This document shows, in pieces, positions 22,384-32,212 of a stretch of DNA of 64,000 bases. Made by a program: the position numbers and the translations under genes. The notes beneath the pieces were generated by a model that did no database searches, was not told where the DNA came from, and was given only the letters and a program-made list of their open reading frames with translations. The number at the start of each line of letters is the position of its first letter. The first letter of the stretch is position 1. This stretch comes from an uncultured Chloroflexia bacterium (GTDB taxonomy: Bacteria; Chloroflexota; Anaerolineae; B4-G1; SLSP01), in NCBI GenBank assembly GCA_963751345.1, contig CAVVUS010000027.1, positions 76,354 to 140,353 on the forward strand, given 5' to 3'.

Positions 22384-24384
22384 TCAGGCGTCTTGGCCCA
22401 ACGTCTCCCGCAGGAAGTCGACGATAGCCGGGTAGGCTACCAGCTTGTTCTTCAACTTGGCAACCCCGTGCCCCTCGTCATCGAAGACCAGGAACCTCAC
22501 CGGAATATCACGAGCCTCAAGGGCGGCTACGAGCTGCTCGGCCTCGCTCAGCGGGACCCGAGGATCGTTGCGCCCATGGATGACCATCAGGGGCGCAACG
22601 ACCTGGTCAATGTGGTTGATCGGTGCAATTCGCTCCAGAAAGTCCCGGTCGCGCGCCAGGCTACCGTACTCCGCTTCCCTGTGCGCACGACGATAGCCGC
22701 TGGTGTTCTCCAGGAAGGTAGCCAGATTGCTGATCCCCACGATGTCGACCGCGGCAGCCCACAGGTCGGGATAAGTAGTCACGGCAGAGAGTACCATGAA
22801 GCCACCGTAGCTCCCGCCATAGACGGCGATCCGGCTTCCATCGATCTCGGGACGTGACCGTAGCCAGTATACGGCGTGGGCCAGATCCGCCACCGAATCC
22901 ATGCGCTTCTCCACGTCGTCGAGGTGGCTGTACCGCTTCCCGTAGCCCGTCGACCCTCGCACGTTAGGCACCAAGACGGCGTAGCCGTGGTGCAGCAGGT
23001 ATTGTATGAGAAAGCTGAAACCCGGGCGAGACTGTCCCTCCGGTCCGCCGTGGACGATGACGACGACGGGCAGCCGCGCATCCACCGCCGTAAGGACAGA
23101 GCGCTCGGCGGCCTGTGGCCTGTAGAACCATGCAGGAATCCGCCGCGTCTCGCCGTCCTCGTCGCGATCGAACGTTGGATAATGAACCAGCACGGGATCG
23201 TAGAACGTAGATACCGGCAGGCCTCCATGGGACGACCGCGTTAACGGATGCACCTCGTCCGCCACGAGATCCCAGAGATAGAGATCCGCCGTACGCGTCG
23301 CGCTGGAGAATGAGAAGGCCAGGGCGGTACCATCCGGTGAGAAAGCCAGGGCATCACCAATGACGACACCCATCGCCTCCGGGCCTGATGGGCACTCTCG
23401 TATCTCCCCACTCTCGGTATCCATCAGCACGACCCGATCTGCACCATCCACGTTCACCGTATAGGCAAGCTTCGTCCCGTCTCTCGTGATCGCCAGAGAG
23501 CCGCAATCCCAGTTCGGGGCAGCGATGCGCTCAAGCTTTCCCGACGGTCGGCCGCCCTCAGCCGCAACTCGGCTGTACTCAGCCGCGGCTCGGCTGTACT
23601 CAGCCGCAAGATCCACCCGCGCTACGTACAGGAAATCGGCGTCCAGATCAGTGACCAGATAAAGTGTGTCGCCATTGGGTGCGCTCGCCGTCCGAGGCGC
23701 GCTCGCCGTCCCAGGCGCGGTCGCCGTCCGAGGCGCATAGTGCGGGTAAAGATAGCGCACCGGCGCATCCGAGCCCAGCAGCGTCCTCGCCTCACCTGTC
23801 TCCAGATCGATCTCCAACAGCGTATGATCGAAAGAACTGGCCGTCCTTACGGCAATCACATGCCGTCCATCGGGCGCGAAGACCAGATGCCATAGGTATC
23901 CGCGCGTATCGTTCTGCCAGACACACACGGCCCGGCTCTCGGGCTCGCTCACGTCCTGCACGTAGAGGTCGAAGAGGGCCGGATCCCGGCGGTTGGCGGC
24001 GAAACTGATCCGTTTGCCATCGTCTGACCAACTGCCGAAGAGATGCATCGCGTCCTCAAATCCTTCGGTCAGACATCGGACCGAACCCCGGTCCACGTCC
24101 AGAAGGAAGAGCTGATGCTGCTCGCTGCCTCCCACGTCGCTCACATAGAGTAACCGTCCGTCACCAGGCGCTGGGGAGTAGGCCACTTCGGTGACGCGAT
24201 CTGACGCAAACGACAGCTGATCGGGCCACGGAATGGCGTTGGCATTGACGTCGTCGACGGCAACCTGCCACACCTGTGACAAGCCGGTGATGTCGGTGAG
24301 AAAGGCAACGTGTTTGCCGTTCGCTCGCCAGGTCGCACCATAGGCCTGACGGATATTGAGATAGCGCTCAATCGACCAAGACAT
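22384..24384 (-). CDS. S9 family peptidase (beta-propeller plus alpha/beta hydrolase)
   Basis: VHGGP, PNVRGSTGYG, GGSYGG nucleophile, NDPRVP, DEGH. Confidence 0.93.
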   Translation of the reverse strand: MSWSIERYLNIRQAYGATWRANGKHVAFLTDITGLSQVWQVAVDDVNANAIPWPDQLSFASDRVTEVAYSPAPGDGRLLYVSDVGGSEQHQLFLLDVDRGSVRCLTEGFEDAMHLFGSWSDDGKRISFAANRRDPALFDLYVQDVSEPESRAVCVWQNDTRGYLWHLVFAPDGRHVIAVRTASSFDHTLLEIDLETGEARTLLGSDAPVRYLYPHYAPRTATAPGTASAPRTASAPNGDTLYLVTDLDADFLYVARVDLAAEYSRAAAEYSRVAAEGGRPSGKLERIAAPNWDCGSLAITRDGTKLAYTVNVDGADRVVLMDTESGEIRECPSGPEAMGVVIGDALAFSPDGTALAFSFSSATRTADLYLWDLVADEVHPLTRSSHGGLPVSTFYDPVLVHYPTFDRDEDGETRRIPAWFYRPQAAERSVLTAVDARLPVVVIVHGGPEGQSRPGFSFLIQYLLHHGYAVLVPNVRGSTGYGKRYSHLDDVEKRMDSVADLAHAVYWLRSRPEIDGSRIAVYGGSYGGFMVLSAVTTYPDLWAAAVDIVGISNLATFLENTSGYRRAHREAEYGSLARDRDFLERIAPINHIDQVVAPLMVIHGRNDPRVPLSEAEQLVAALEARDIPVRFLVFDDEGHGVAKLKNKLVAYPAIVDFLRETLGQDA
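23557..23609 (+). repeat. Family D, 2.5 x 21 nt in frame
   Basis: ctcagccgcaactcggctgta ctcagccgcggctcggctgta ctcagccgcaa; encodes AAEYSR(A/V) x2. Confidence 0.9.
23683..23736 (+). repeat. Family A, 3 x 18 nt in peptidase
   Basis: gctcgccgtccgaggcgc gctcgccgtcccaggcgc ggtcgccgtccgaggcgc; encodes [18 protein letters not shown]. Confidence 0.95.
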
Positions 24385-24416
24385 ACTCGTGCCTCCTGAA
24401 AACAGCCCTAAGGTCC

Positions 24417-25326
24417 TCAACCGAGCTGATGCCAACCCTCAGAATCGGCAAACCGGTCAAACCGCCGGTGAAGCTCTTCCACCGTTTCGGCGGGGATCGG
24501 CAGCCGCGATTCCACCCACTCAATATTCACCCGCATATGCTCGGCACTGCGCGTCCCCACAATACACGTATCGACGGCCTCCTCGGCGAATGCAAATCCC
24601 AGCGCCAGCAGAATCCGCTCCTCCGGCGCGCCGTGCAACGGACCTGATGCCCTCATCTTCTGCGCCCGCCCATAGTAGGCCGCGGCATAGCTGCTAGGAG
24701 CCGTCGAAGCGCCCCAGGCACCGTTGGCAATCGGCCGCTTCGCGATGATCCCCATATCCTGATCCTTCGCGGGACCGAAGAGACTGGAGACGCGCATTCT
24801 GATCCACCAGGTTATAGCTCGTCTGGAGCGTGTCGAAGAGACCACTCTGCACGGCCCACAGCGCGGCCTCGTTGTCGCCGCTGTAGCCGATAAAACGTGT
24901 CTTGCCTGCCTGCTGCGCTTGCTGCAGCGCCTCGATCACCTCGCCCCGCTCCAGAGTCGCGACACCACAACTGTGAAGCTGGAGCAGGTCCAGATGGTCG
25001 GTGCGCATACGAACCAGGCTACGATCGATACTGTCGAGGATCGTCTGAGCCGTCCAATCCTCGCCCTGGTATCCGCCAGCACTATGTCCGGCCTTGGTAG
25101 CAAGCACGTAGTCGTCCCGCCGGTGGGCAATCGTCCGCCCAATCAGCTCTTCGCTGTTGCTATAGCACGCCGACGTGTCGAGGAACGTGACACCATTGTC
25201 GAGCGCCAGGTTCAGCACCTCCTCGGCCTGTTGGGCTTCCCCCAGATCCAACCCACCGATCTCCGCGAGCCCCACGCCCAGGCGTGAGACCAGCAATCCC
25301 GTCTTGCCAAGCACACGTGTTTGCAT
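24417..25326 (-). CDS. Aldo/keto reductase, frameshift near 24785
   Basis: MQTRVLGKTGLLVSRLG, FLDTSACY, DLLQLHS; the C-terminal part is in ORF 24417-24845 (MGIIAKRPIANG). Confidence 0.85.
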
Positions 25327-25374
25327 GGTGATGCAGTCTCCTTTGGGTAGCGGAGAAGCTGTAAGCCAATAGCG

Positions 25375-25452
25375 ATCAGCAGTCAGTCAACAGACAGGAG
25401 TAAGGAGTAGGCTGCGTAGCCCCTACTCCTCTACTCCTTACTGACCGCTGAT
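25375..25452. repeat. Intergenic nested hairpin with AGGAGTA heptamers
   Basis: atcagcagtcagt..aggagtaaggagtagg / cctactcctctactcct..actgaccgctgat. Confidence 0.7.
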
Positions 25453-25456
25453 AGCT

Positions 25457-26500
25457 CTATTCCGCCCCTGTGACCTCTGCCAGTAGCCCGAAGAACCCCC
25501 GCTTGCGCTCCGAGCTGATGCCCCAGTTCACGGGCACACTCTGATAGCCATCATCGTATCCTTCGCCGGCCATCCGATAGTCGAAGTAGCCCCAGCCTGC
25601 ATACCGGTCGAGCGCGGCGAGCATATTGTTATCGTCCGCGTCGAAGTCGAAGTGATCGTCCTCGTTGAACAAAATGGGTTGTCCGCGATAGCCGGCTACC
25701 TGCCGGGTCACGTCCACCATCTCGCGGATGCGGTTAGGATCGGAGACGCCGTTGCCATGCAGCAGCAGAAAGTCAGAGGCCTCGACCAGGTTGGTGGGTG
25801 GGATCACGTTGCCACAGAGGCTCGTGCTCACCAACAACCGGCCCGACGACCTCGCCTGGACCAGGTGGATCAGCTCGTGGCAACGGTCCGCCTTGAGGAT
25901 GGGGTGGTCGTACTGCCGGTTGTCCACCTCGTTGCCCACCTCAACCAGAACGTTGCGATAGCCTTTGTCCAGCAGCCAATCCGTCGCACTCTCCGTGGCC
26001 CGGACGACGCTCTGCTCGCTTTCAAGTCGCTGATCCTGACCGAAGTAGAAGTACCCGACGATCGGGGCCATGCCCAGCCGGTCGGCCTCATCGAGGATGC
26101 GTGCCAGCCGATCCATATAGGCCCCGCGCAGCTCGCCTGTTGGCGTGAAGGCCGAGTTGTGCCACGGCTGGTGCCGGCTGTATCCCTGCGGGCTGCCGCC
26201 CTGCAGGTTGATGGTGAAGCTCAAGAGGCCCGCCGCGCGCCACGCCGGCATCGCAGCGACGAACTCGTCGGTATTTCGGTCGGGGTCCCAGGGCCCGGAC
26301 CCGTTGGTCGCCTCCGGAGGATAGGCCCATAGGCTCCGCGTCTCAGGATTGAGATCGTCAAAGATGCCCTGCACCATCCGCGAATTGAGGAGCAGTCCCT
26401 CAATCTTCTTGCCCCGGTACCAACGCCCGGCATACGTGGGCGCGCCGTCGATCAGAAACGCGTCGCCGTCGATGGCGACCGTCGTCTTCCACTCCGCCAT
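25457..26500 (-). CDS. Conserved hypothetical protein, possible glycoside-hydrolase-like TIM barrel
   Basis: 347-aa clean ORF; VEVGNE and ILFNED resemble clan GH-A catalytic motifs. Confidence 0.65.
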   Translation of the reverse strand: MAEWKTTVAIDGDAFLIDGAPTYAGRWYRGKKIEGLLLNSRMVQGIFDDLNPETRSLWAYPPEATNGSGPWDPDRNTDEFVAAMPAWRAAGLLSFTINLQGGSPQGYSRHQPWHNSAFTPTGELRGAYMDRLARILDEADRLGMAPIVGYFYFGQDQRLESEQSVVRATESATDWLLDKGYRNVLVEVGNEVDNRQYDHPILKADRCHELIHLVQARSSGRLLVSTSLCGNVIPPTNLVEASDFLLLHGNGVSDPNRIREMVDVTRQVAGYRGQPILFNEDDHFDFDADDNNMLAALDRYAGWGYFDYRMAGEGYDDGYQSVPVNWGISSERKRGFFGLLAEVTGAE

Positions 26501-26524
26501 ATCAATCTCCTTGGGAACCCAAAG

Positions 26525-26682
26525 AACGTTGACACGTTAGCACGTGTCAACAGCTTGTCCTACCGCAGTTCGGTAGGACTTGCCCTACCGCAGTTCGGTA
26601 GGACTTGCCCTGAGTATGTCTCAGGGTTCAGACATGCTGACGTGCCAACAGCCTGCCCTGAGCGCAGCGTAGGGTGTCAACG
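26525..26682. repeat. Intergenic composite hairpin repeat with 2 x 25-nt tandem
   Basis: cttg(t/c)cctaccgcagttcggtagga x2 (26554-26603), plus the same ccctgagtatgtctcaggg and ccctgagcgcagcgtaggg modules as at 21.2 kb. Confidence 0.92.
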
Positions 26683-27989
26683 CTGACGGTACGCTTGTGG
26701 AACGTAGGGAGCTAGCTGCTGCGCAGCAAAGACTTGGTCGAGCCGCGCGAAACGCTGCCGTCCGTCCACCAACGGGATCGAAGGCCAGCCGTCACCGATC
26801 AAGGGGCGCGCATAGCGAACAAAGTCGTCGGTGACGTCCGTGCGTGATGGCGCGATCCACTTGTCGGGGAAGGTGCGCTCCGAGTTCGCTACGAGTTCCA
26901 GTCCCACCTTGTCGTATCGGACGCTGTAGATCTCGCCCGGCTCGCGCAAGATCGTGGACATATACCCCGACCCGTCCTCGACGGCAATCTGAACGGCCTT
27001 CCAGCCGACGCGGTAGGCCTCCTCCAGGTCGATCGTGGAAGCATAGATGATGTTGTGGCGCTGATCCGTGCCGGGCACGTTGCCCCGCGCCGAGCCGCGG
27101 GCTGCCAGCCCGGCCTCGTTGAGGTAGTTGACCACGATCTGCTCCACGGTCATCTCGCTGGACGAGAACATTGTGTGGCCGAACGAGTCCTTGCGCTCGC
27201 CGATATCGCCAACGTCGAATCCCTCGCTGACCACCACTACGGCGCGACCGCGCACCTTCAGCAGATCGTTGACGGCATCCGTCAGCGCCGGCAGGTCGAG
27301 GTTGGACTCCCGAAGGAAGATCAGCAGCGGCATCTCCCGGTGCGGATCGGCAAGCCGGGCAGCCGCGGGGATAAAGCCGATCTTGCGCCCCATCGCCTGG
27401 ATCACCAGCACCGGATCCGAGGGTGACGAGCCCGCGTTCTCCTGATCTGCGTTCTGGATGTTCAGTGCCCAGTACCGGGCCACGCTCCCATAGCCGGGCG
27501 TATGGTCGATGATCTGGAAGGCACCGCCGTCTGAGTGCGCTGTCCCCCGACATCGTTGTCGATGGTCTTGGGTACGCCCGTGGCCACCAGGTCCAGCCCG
27601 CGCGCCTTCGCCAACTGCGCGACCTTGTGCGCGGTATCCATCGAGTCGTTGCCACCGTTGTAGAAGAAGTAGCCGACGTCGTGGGCCCTGAGCACCTCGA
27701 TGATGCGCTCGAAGTCCTCGGTCTGATTCGCCTTCAGCTTGTAGCGACACGTCCCGATGGCACCGGCGGCAGGCGTTGTGCTGAGCAGGGCAATCTCCTC
27801 GTCGCGCTGGGCGGAAAGATCGAGGAGATCCTCCGTCAACACCCCCTCGACGCCATGGAACCCCGCATACACCGTGCCGAACGTGTCGGGATAGGCCTTG
27901 CAGGCCTCCAGCACGCCGCGCAGTGACGCGTTGATCACCGGCGTAGGACCGCCGGACTGGGCGACGATGACGTTCCTGGGTTTCGGCAT
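26677..27989 (-). CDS. pfp: PfkA-family phosphofructokinase, probably PPi-dependent; frameshift near 27540
   Basis: AQSGGPTPVIN, GGNDS, PKTIDND, DHTPGYGS, MGR, VVVVSEG. Confidence 0.85.
27523..27540 (+). repeat. Family A-like unit at the pfk frameshift
   Basis: accgccgtctgagtgcgc. Confidence 0.7.
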
Positions 27990-28084
27990 AGGTTGCTCCT
28001 TTAGCTCCAACCAATTGGGTGGTGTGCCGGTCAGAGTGACCTGGACCGCCCAACCACCGCATATGCAGATGGCCTCGGGACTTG

Positions 28085-29566
28085 CTAGGCCTCCCCCGGC
28101 GGGACCTCCATATCCTCCCACACGGTATGGAACGAGCCGTCCTTGTCTACCCGCCGGTAGGTATGCGCGCCGAAGTAGTCGCGCTGGGCCTGGGTAAGGT
28201 TCGCGGGCAGACGCGCGCTCCGGTAAGCGTCAAAGTAAGCCAGGGCCGAAGAGAGTGCCGGCACAGGGATGCCGTTGGCGATGGCGTAGGCCAGGACCTT
28301 GCGCAGGGCGTCCTGGCGCGAGACGACCGCCTGCCCCAACGCCTCGTCCATCAGCAAGTTGTCGAGATCCGGGTTAGCGGCAAAGGCAGCCCGGATGTCT
28401 TCCAGGAGCGTCGCCCGGATGATGCACCCGCCGCGCCAGATCTTGGCGATGTCGCCGAAGTTGAGATCGTAGTCATACTCGGCACTTGCCGTCCGGAGTA
28501 GCGTGAAACCCTGGGCGTAGGAACAGATCTTGGCGACGTAGAGCGCATCCTCCAGCAGGTCGATGAACTCCTTCGCGTCCCCGTCGAATGCCGGCGTGGG
28601 CCCTGAGAGCGCCTCGGACGCCGCGACACGCTCGTCCTTGTACGCAGAGATGATGCGGGCCTCCACCGCGGCGTTGATGGTCGGCGTCGGCGCGCCGACA
28701 TCCAACGCGTCCTGCGACGCCCACTTCCCGGTGCCCTTCTGCTTTGCCTCATCCAGAATCAGATTGACCAGGGGTTTGCCCGTCTCGTCATCGATCTTGG
28801 CGAAGATGTCCGCGGTGATCTCGATGAGATACGACGCCAGCTCGCCCTCGTTCCACTTGGCGAAGATCCGGTGGAGCTTCTTGGCCTTCAGACCCAGCCC
28901 GCGGCGCAGGATATCGTAGGCTTCACCAATCAACTGCATGTCGCCGTACTCGATCCCATTGTGAACCATCTTGACGTAGTGGCCCGCCCCGCGGGGACCG
29001 ATATAGGTGACGCATGGCTCACCGTCAACCTTGGCGGCGATGGCCTCCAGCACCGGGCGCATCCGCTCCCACGCCTCGCGCTGCCCGCCGGGCATAATCG
29101 ACGGGCCCCATAGCGCGCCATACTCTCCACCGCTCACGCCGGTGCCGATATAGCGGATCCCCATCTCCTCCAGTTGCTTGGTGCGCCGCTCGGTGTCGGT
29201 GAAGTGGGAGTTCCCGCCATCGACGAGCAGGTCATCTGGATCAAGAAGCCCCTTGATGTCGCCGATGACCGCGTCGACGGGCTTGCCGGCGGGCACCATC
29301 ATCATAATGCGCCGCGGCTTCTCCAAGAGGTTCACAAAGGTCGCCAGATCGTTCGCCCCGAACAGATTGCGGTGCGTCCCATCGCCCTTCTCCGCATGGC
29401 CCTCGAAGGCCGAGACCTTCTCCGCGTCCAGGTCATAGCCCGCGACACGGAATCCATTGCGCTCCATATTGAGCGCCAACATCTGCCCCATCACGCCAAG
29501 CCCGATGAGGCCAATATCCGCCGTCTGAGGTGCCTCCACCGTCCCAGGTGCATCCGCCTTATTCAT
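28085..29566 (-). CDS. gndA: NADP-dependent 6-phosphogluconate dehydrogenase
   Basis: IGLIGLGVMG, DGGNS, GVSGGE, KMVHNGIEYGDMQ, QKGTGKW, QAQRDYFGAHTY. Confidence 0.95.
   Translation of the reverse strand: MNKADAPGTVEAPQTADIGLIGLGVMGQMLALNMERNGFRVAGYDLDAEKVSAFEGHAEKGDGTHRNLFGANDLATFVNLLEKPRRIMMMVPAGKPVDAVIGDIKGLLDPDDLLVDGGNSHFTDTERRTKQLEEMGIRYIGTGVSGGEYGALWGPSIMPGGQREAWERMRPVLEAIAAKVDGEPCVTYIGPRGAGHYVKMVHNGIEYGDMQLIGEAYDILRRGLGLKAKKLHRIFAKWNEGELASYLIEITADIFAKIDDETGKPLVNLILDEAKQKGTGKWASQDALDVGAPTPTINAAVEARIISAYKDERVAASEALSGPTPAFDGDAKEFIDLLEDALYVAKICSYAQGFTLLRTASAEYDYDLNFGDIAKIWRGGCIIRATLLEDIRAAFAANPDLDNLLMDEALGQAVVSRQDALRKVLAYAIANGIPVPALSSALAYFDAYRSARLPANLTQAQRDYFGAHTYRRVDKDGSFHTVWEDMEVPPGEA
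29516..29551 (+). repeat. Family A, 2 x 18 nt at the Gnd N-terminus
   Basis: atccgccgtctgaggtgc ctccaccgtcccaggtgc; MNKAD[APGTVEAPQTAD]IGLIGLG. Confidence 0.9.
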
Positions 29567-29595
29567 GGTACCCTCCTTCACGTACGAAACTGACT

Positions 29596-30786
29596 TCAGT
29601 TGAACGATGCCGCCATATCGATTCCGCCAACGCCGAGATTGCCAGGCCGCGTCGTCTGACACCTCTTTCGTGAATGTGGAGCCTGCGATCAGCCCCTTTA
29701 GCTCGGCCTCGTACGCAGCGCCGTCCAGCGGCAGATCGATGGGCCGACCCTTCAGCGACGAATAGAGCATCGTGTTCGCCAGCTCCACCGAGTGGATGCC
29801 CTCCTCTGCGGGCGCGATCAGCGGCTCTGCCGTACAGAATCGCATCCGCGAAGTTCTCCAGGATCGCGGCGTGCTGACCGCCGTGTCCGTTATACGGGAT
29901 CTCGACGTTCCAGACCGGTGGACGGGCGAACGATGCCTTCGAGGTCCTGCAGGAACTCGGTCGCAAGGACCTCGTTGCGCGTATACGCGATTCGGTCTCC
30001 CTCCATCACCAGCTTCCCCTGATCCCCGGCAATCTCCAGCCGGTTGGTCCCCGGAGCCTCACCGGTCGAGGTCACGAAGAGGCCGGTGCACCCATCGGGA
30101 TAGACCATGTAGGCCGTGACCTCGTCCTCGACCTCGATGGTGTGACGCTTGCCGATATCGCAGAATCCCCGGATCTGCAACGGCATGCCCACGATCCACT
30201 GGAGCAGATCGAGATTATGAGGGCACTGGTTCAGCAGCACACCGCCACCCTCGCCGGCCCACGTGGCCCGCCAGCCGCCGGAATCGTAGTAAGCCTGCGT
30301 GCGAAACCAGTTGGTGATGATCCAGTTGACACGGACCAGCTTGCCCAGCTCGCCCGACTTCACGAGATGGCGGACCTTCTGATAGGCGGGGTCCGTCCGC
30401 TGATTGAACATCGCAGAGAAGACCAGATCTTTGTCGGTGTGTGCCGCGATGAGACGCTCACAGTCGGCCTTATGCACCGAGATCGGCTTCTCCACGATGA
30501 CGTGGTAGCCGGCTTGGAGCGCGGCGATGCCGATCGTCGTGTGGAAATAGTGGGGCGTCGCAACGATGACCGCGTCGCAGACCTTGTCGGCGAGAAGCTT
30601 GTCGGAATCGAAGTACGCCTTCACATCACGTCCGGCTGCGGACGCCCGTCCGGCGGCCGCTTTGGCTTTCTCCGGCACGATGTCGCACACCGCGGTCAAC
30701 TCGACCTTCGGCTCCTTTTCGATATTGCCCAGGTGCAACGTCCCGATGTTCCCGATGCCGATGACTGCAATCCGAACCTTGTCCAC
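29596..30786 (-). CDS. Gfo/Idh/MocA oxidoreductase, several C-terminal frameshifts
   Basis: IAVIGIGNIG, IVEKP, GGGVLLNQCPHNLD; the C-terminus continues in other frames (HAAILENFADAIL; EPLIAPAEEGIHSVELAN). Confidence 0.8.
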
Positions 30787-30887
30787 GTAGATCCTCCTGC
30801 GAGTTGGAATGGTCGCTGGTTGAAGATATCCCGCTGCCGGCTGACGATTGGCGGGTGACCTGAAGGTGTCCGGTCAATCGTCACTCG

Positions 30888-32150
30888 TCATTCATCGCCC
30901 TTTAGCCTATACAGCAACTCCCCTGCCCTCGGGATGAACAAGATGCCCTCGTCCTCCCGGTCGCGCCATGCATCAAAATCGACTTCGGCGGGGTCCAGAT
31001 AACCCAGACCGACCTGTTCACAGCGCTCCTTGGAAATCCCGGTGGCTAAGGTGACCTTGACTCGCGGGCGCTCGACACCGGTGTCAGGGTCGTACTCCCC
31101 CACCCCGCGGAGATGCGTCGAGTGTGCCAGAACGCCCCACGGCTCGCCCTTGAAGCGATCCCATTGTTTGACGAAGTAGTCGCGGACGTGGTAGCCAACC
31201 CGACCCAAGACCTCGCCGTGGGTGTAGGAGATCTCGTCGATGTGCGGCGCGTAGATGATCACCTCGCCGCCATCGGCGATGACGGGCTCGACCTTGTACA
31301 TCCCCTTGGCTGCCGTCCAGATGTCATCGTACAGTTCGGGCATCACGGAGAGCACTCTCTTGAACGGGTGGTCCACGTAACGTATATGCAGCTTCGATGA
31401 CAGGGAAACGGCATCCAGCCACGCCTCTTTGTAGTCGCCAAAGTAGAGCCCCGCCATGCCGTGGTGGGTCACGACCATATTGCAGAAGAGCTTGGGCGTA
31501 CCGACGAAGGCGACCGCCCGGTCGATCACATTGCGCACCGGCGTATCGCGATGGCCGATGACGTGCATACTGGTGATGAGCGCGCCCAGCCAATGGGTGA
31601 AGTTGATCACCTCCGGCCCCGAGACCCCGGGGAAGAAATACTTGGTCCCCCCGGAGAACCCCACCACCTCGTGGGGAAAGACCGGGCCGCACACGATGAC
31701 CTGATCGGTGTCCAGCACCCGGTTGTTCACGGTGACCGGCACGTCCATCGACAGCATCCCGTCGGTGATCTCCTCAATCTCCGCACGTGGGATCACGCCG
31801 GCGATGGTGAAGGTCGCGGGATCATCCCATTGGTGATTGTAGATGCCAACGGCTTTGTAGGTTGTCATGCGTTCCTCGGCCGTGATACCCACCAGCCGAT
31901 TGAGCGCATCCTCGCTCATGAGGGGATGAGTCCCCAACGCCACGAGGAAATCGAGCTTTGCGGCGCGCCCTCGCAGCAACTCGGTGAACAGGCGGAACAT
32001 CAGTGGAATGGGCGCCGTCCGCGTGCTATCGGGGATGATCACCACCACCCGCTCCCCATCGATCCGGGCTTGCCCCAGCCCCTTGAACAGGATCTTCCGC
32101 ACTTCGTCTTCGCTCAAATAGCGATCTGTGTATCCTTCGCCGATCTTCAT
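30888..32150 (-). CDS. LarA-superfamily (lactate racemase domain) racemase/epimerase
   Basis: IIPDSTR, ALGTH, YNHQW, PHEVVGFSGGTK motifs. Confidence 0.85.
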   Translation of the reverse strand: MKIGEGYTDRYLSEDEVRKILFKGLGQARIDGERVVVIIPDSTRTAPIPLMFRLFTELLRGRAAKLDFLVALGTHPLMSEDALNRLVGITAEERMTTYKAVGIYNHQWDDPATFTIAGVIPRAEIEEITDGMLSMDVPVTVNNRVLDTDQVIVCGPVFPHEVVGFSGGTKYFFPGVSGPEVINFTHWLGALITSMHVIGHRDTPVRNVIDRAVAFVGTPKLFCNMVVTHHGMAGLYFGDYKEAWLDAVSLSSKLHIRYVDHPFKRVLSVMPELYDDIWTAAKGMYKVEPVIADGGEVIIYAPHIDEISYTHGEVLGRVGYHVRDYFVKQWDRFKGEPWGVLAHSTHLRGVGEYDPDTGVERPRVKVTLATGISKERCEQVGLGYLDPAEVDFDAWRDREDEGILFIPRAGELLYRLKGDE

Positions 32151-32212
32151 AGTTAGCCTCACTTATCGATCAACGACGTGACGGGTGACGATCCGGCGTC
32201 TGTCCAGACCCC

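Noticed and set aside
29567-29845. N-terminal extension of Gnd
   Set aside because: It is the frameshifted tail of the upstream Gfo gene; Gnd has its own RBS and start at 29566
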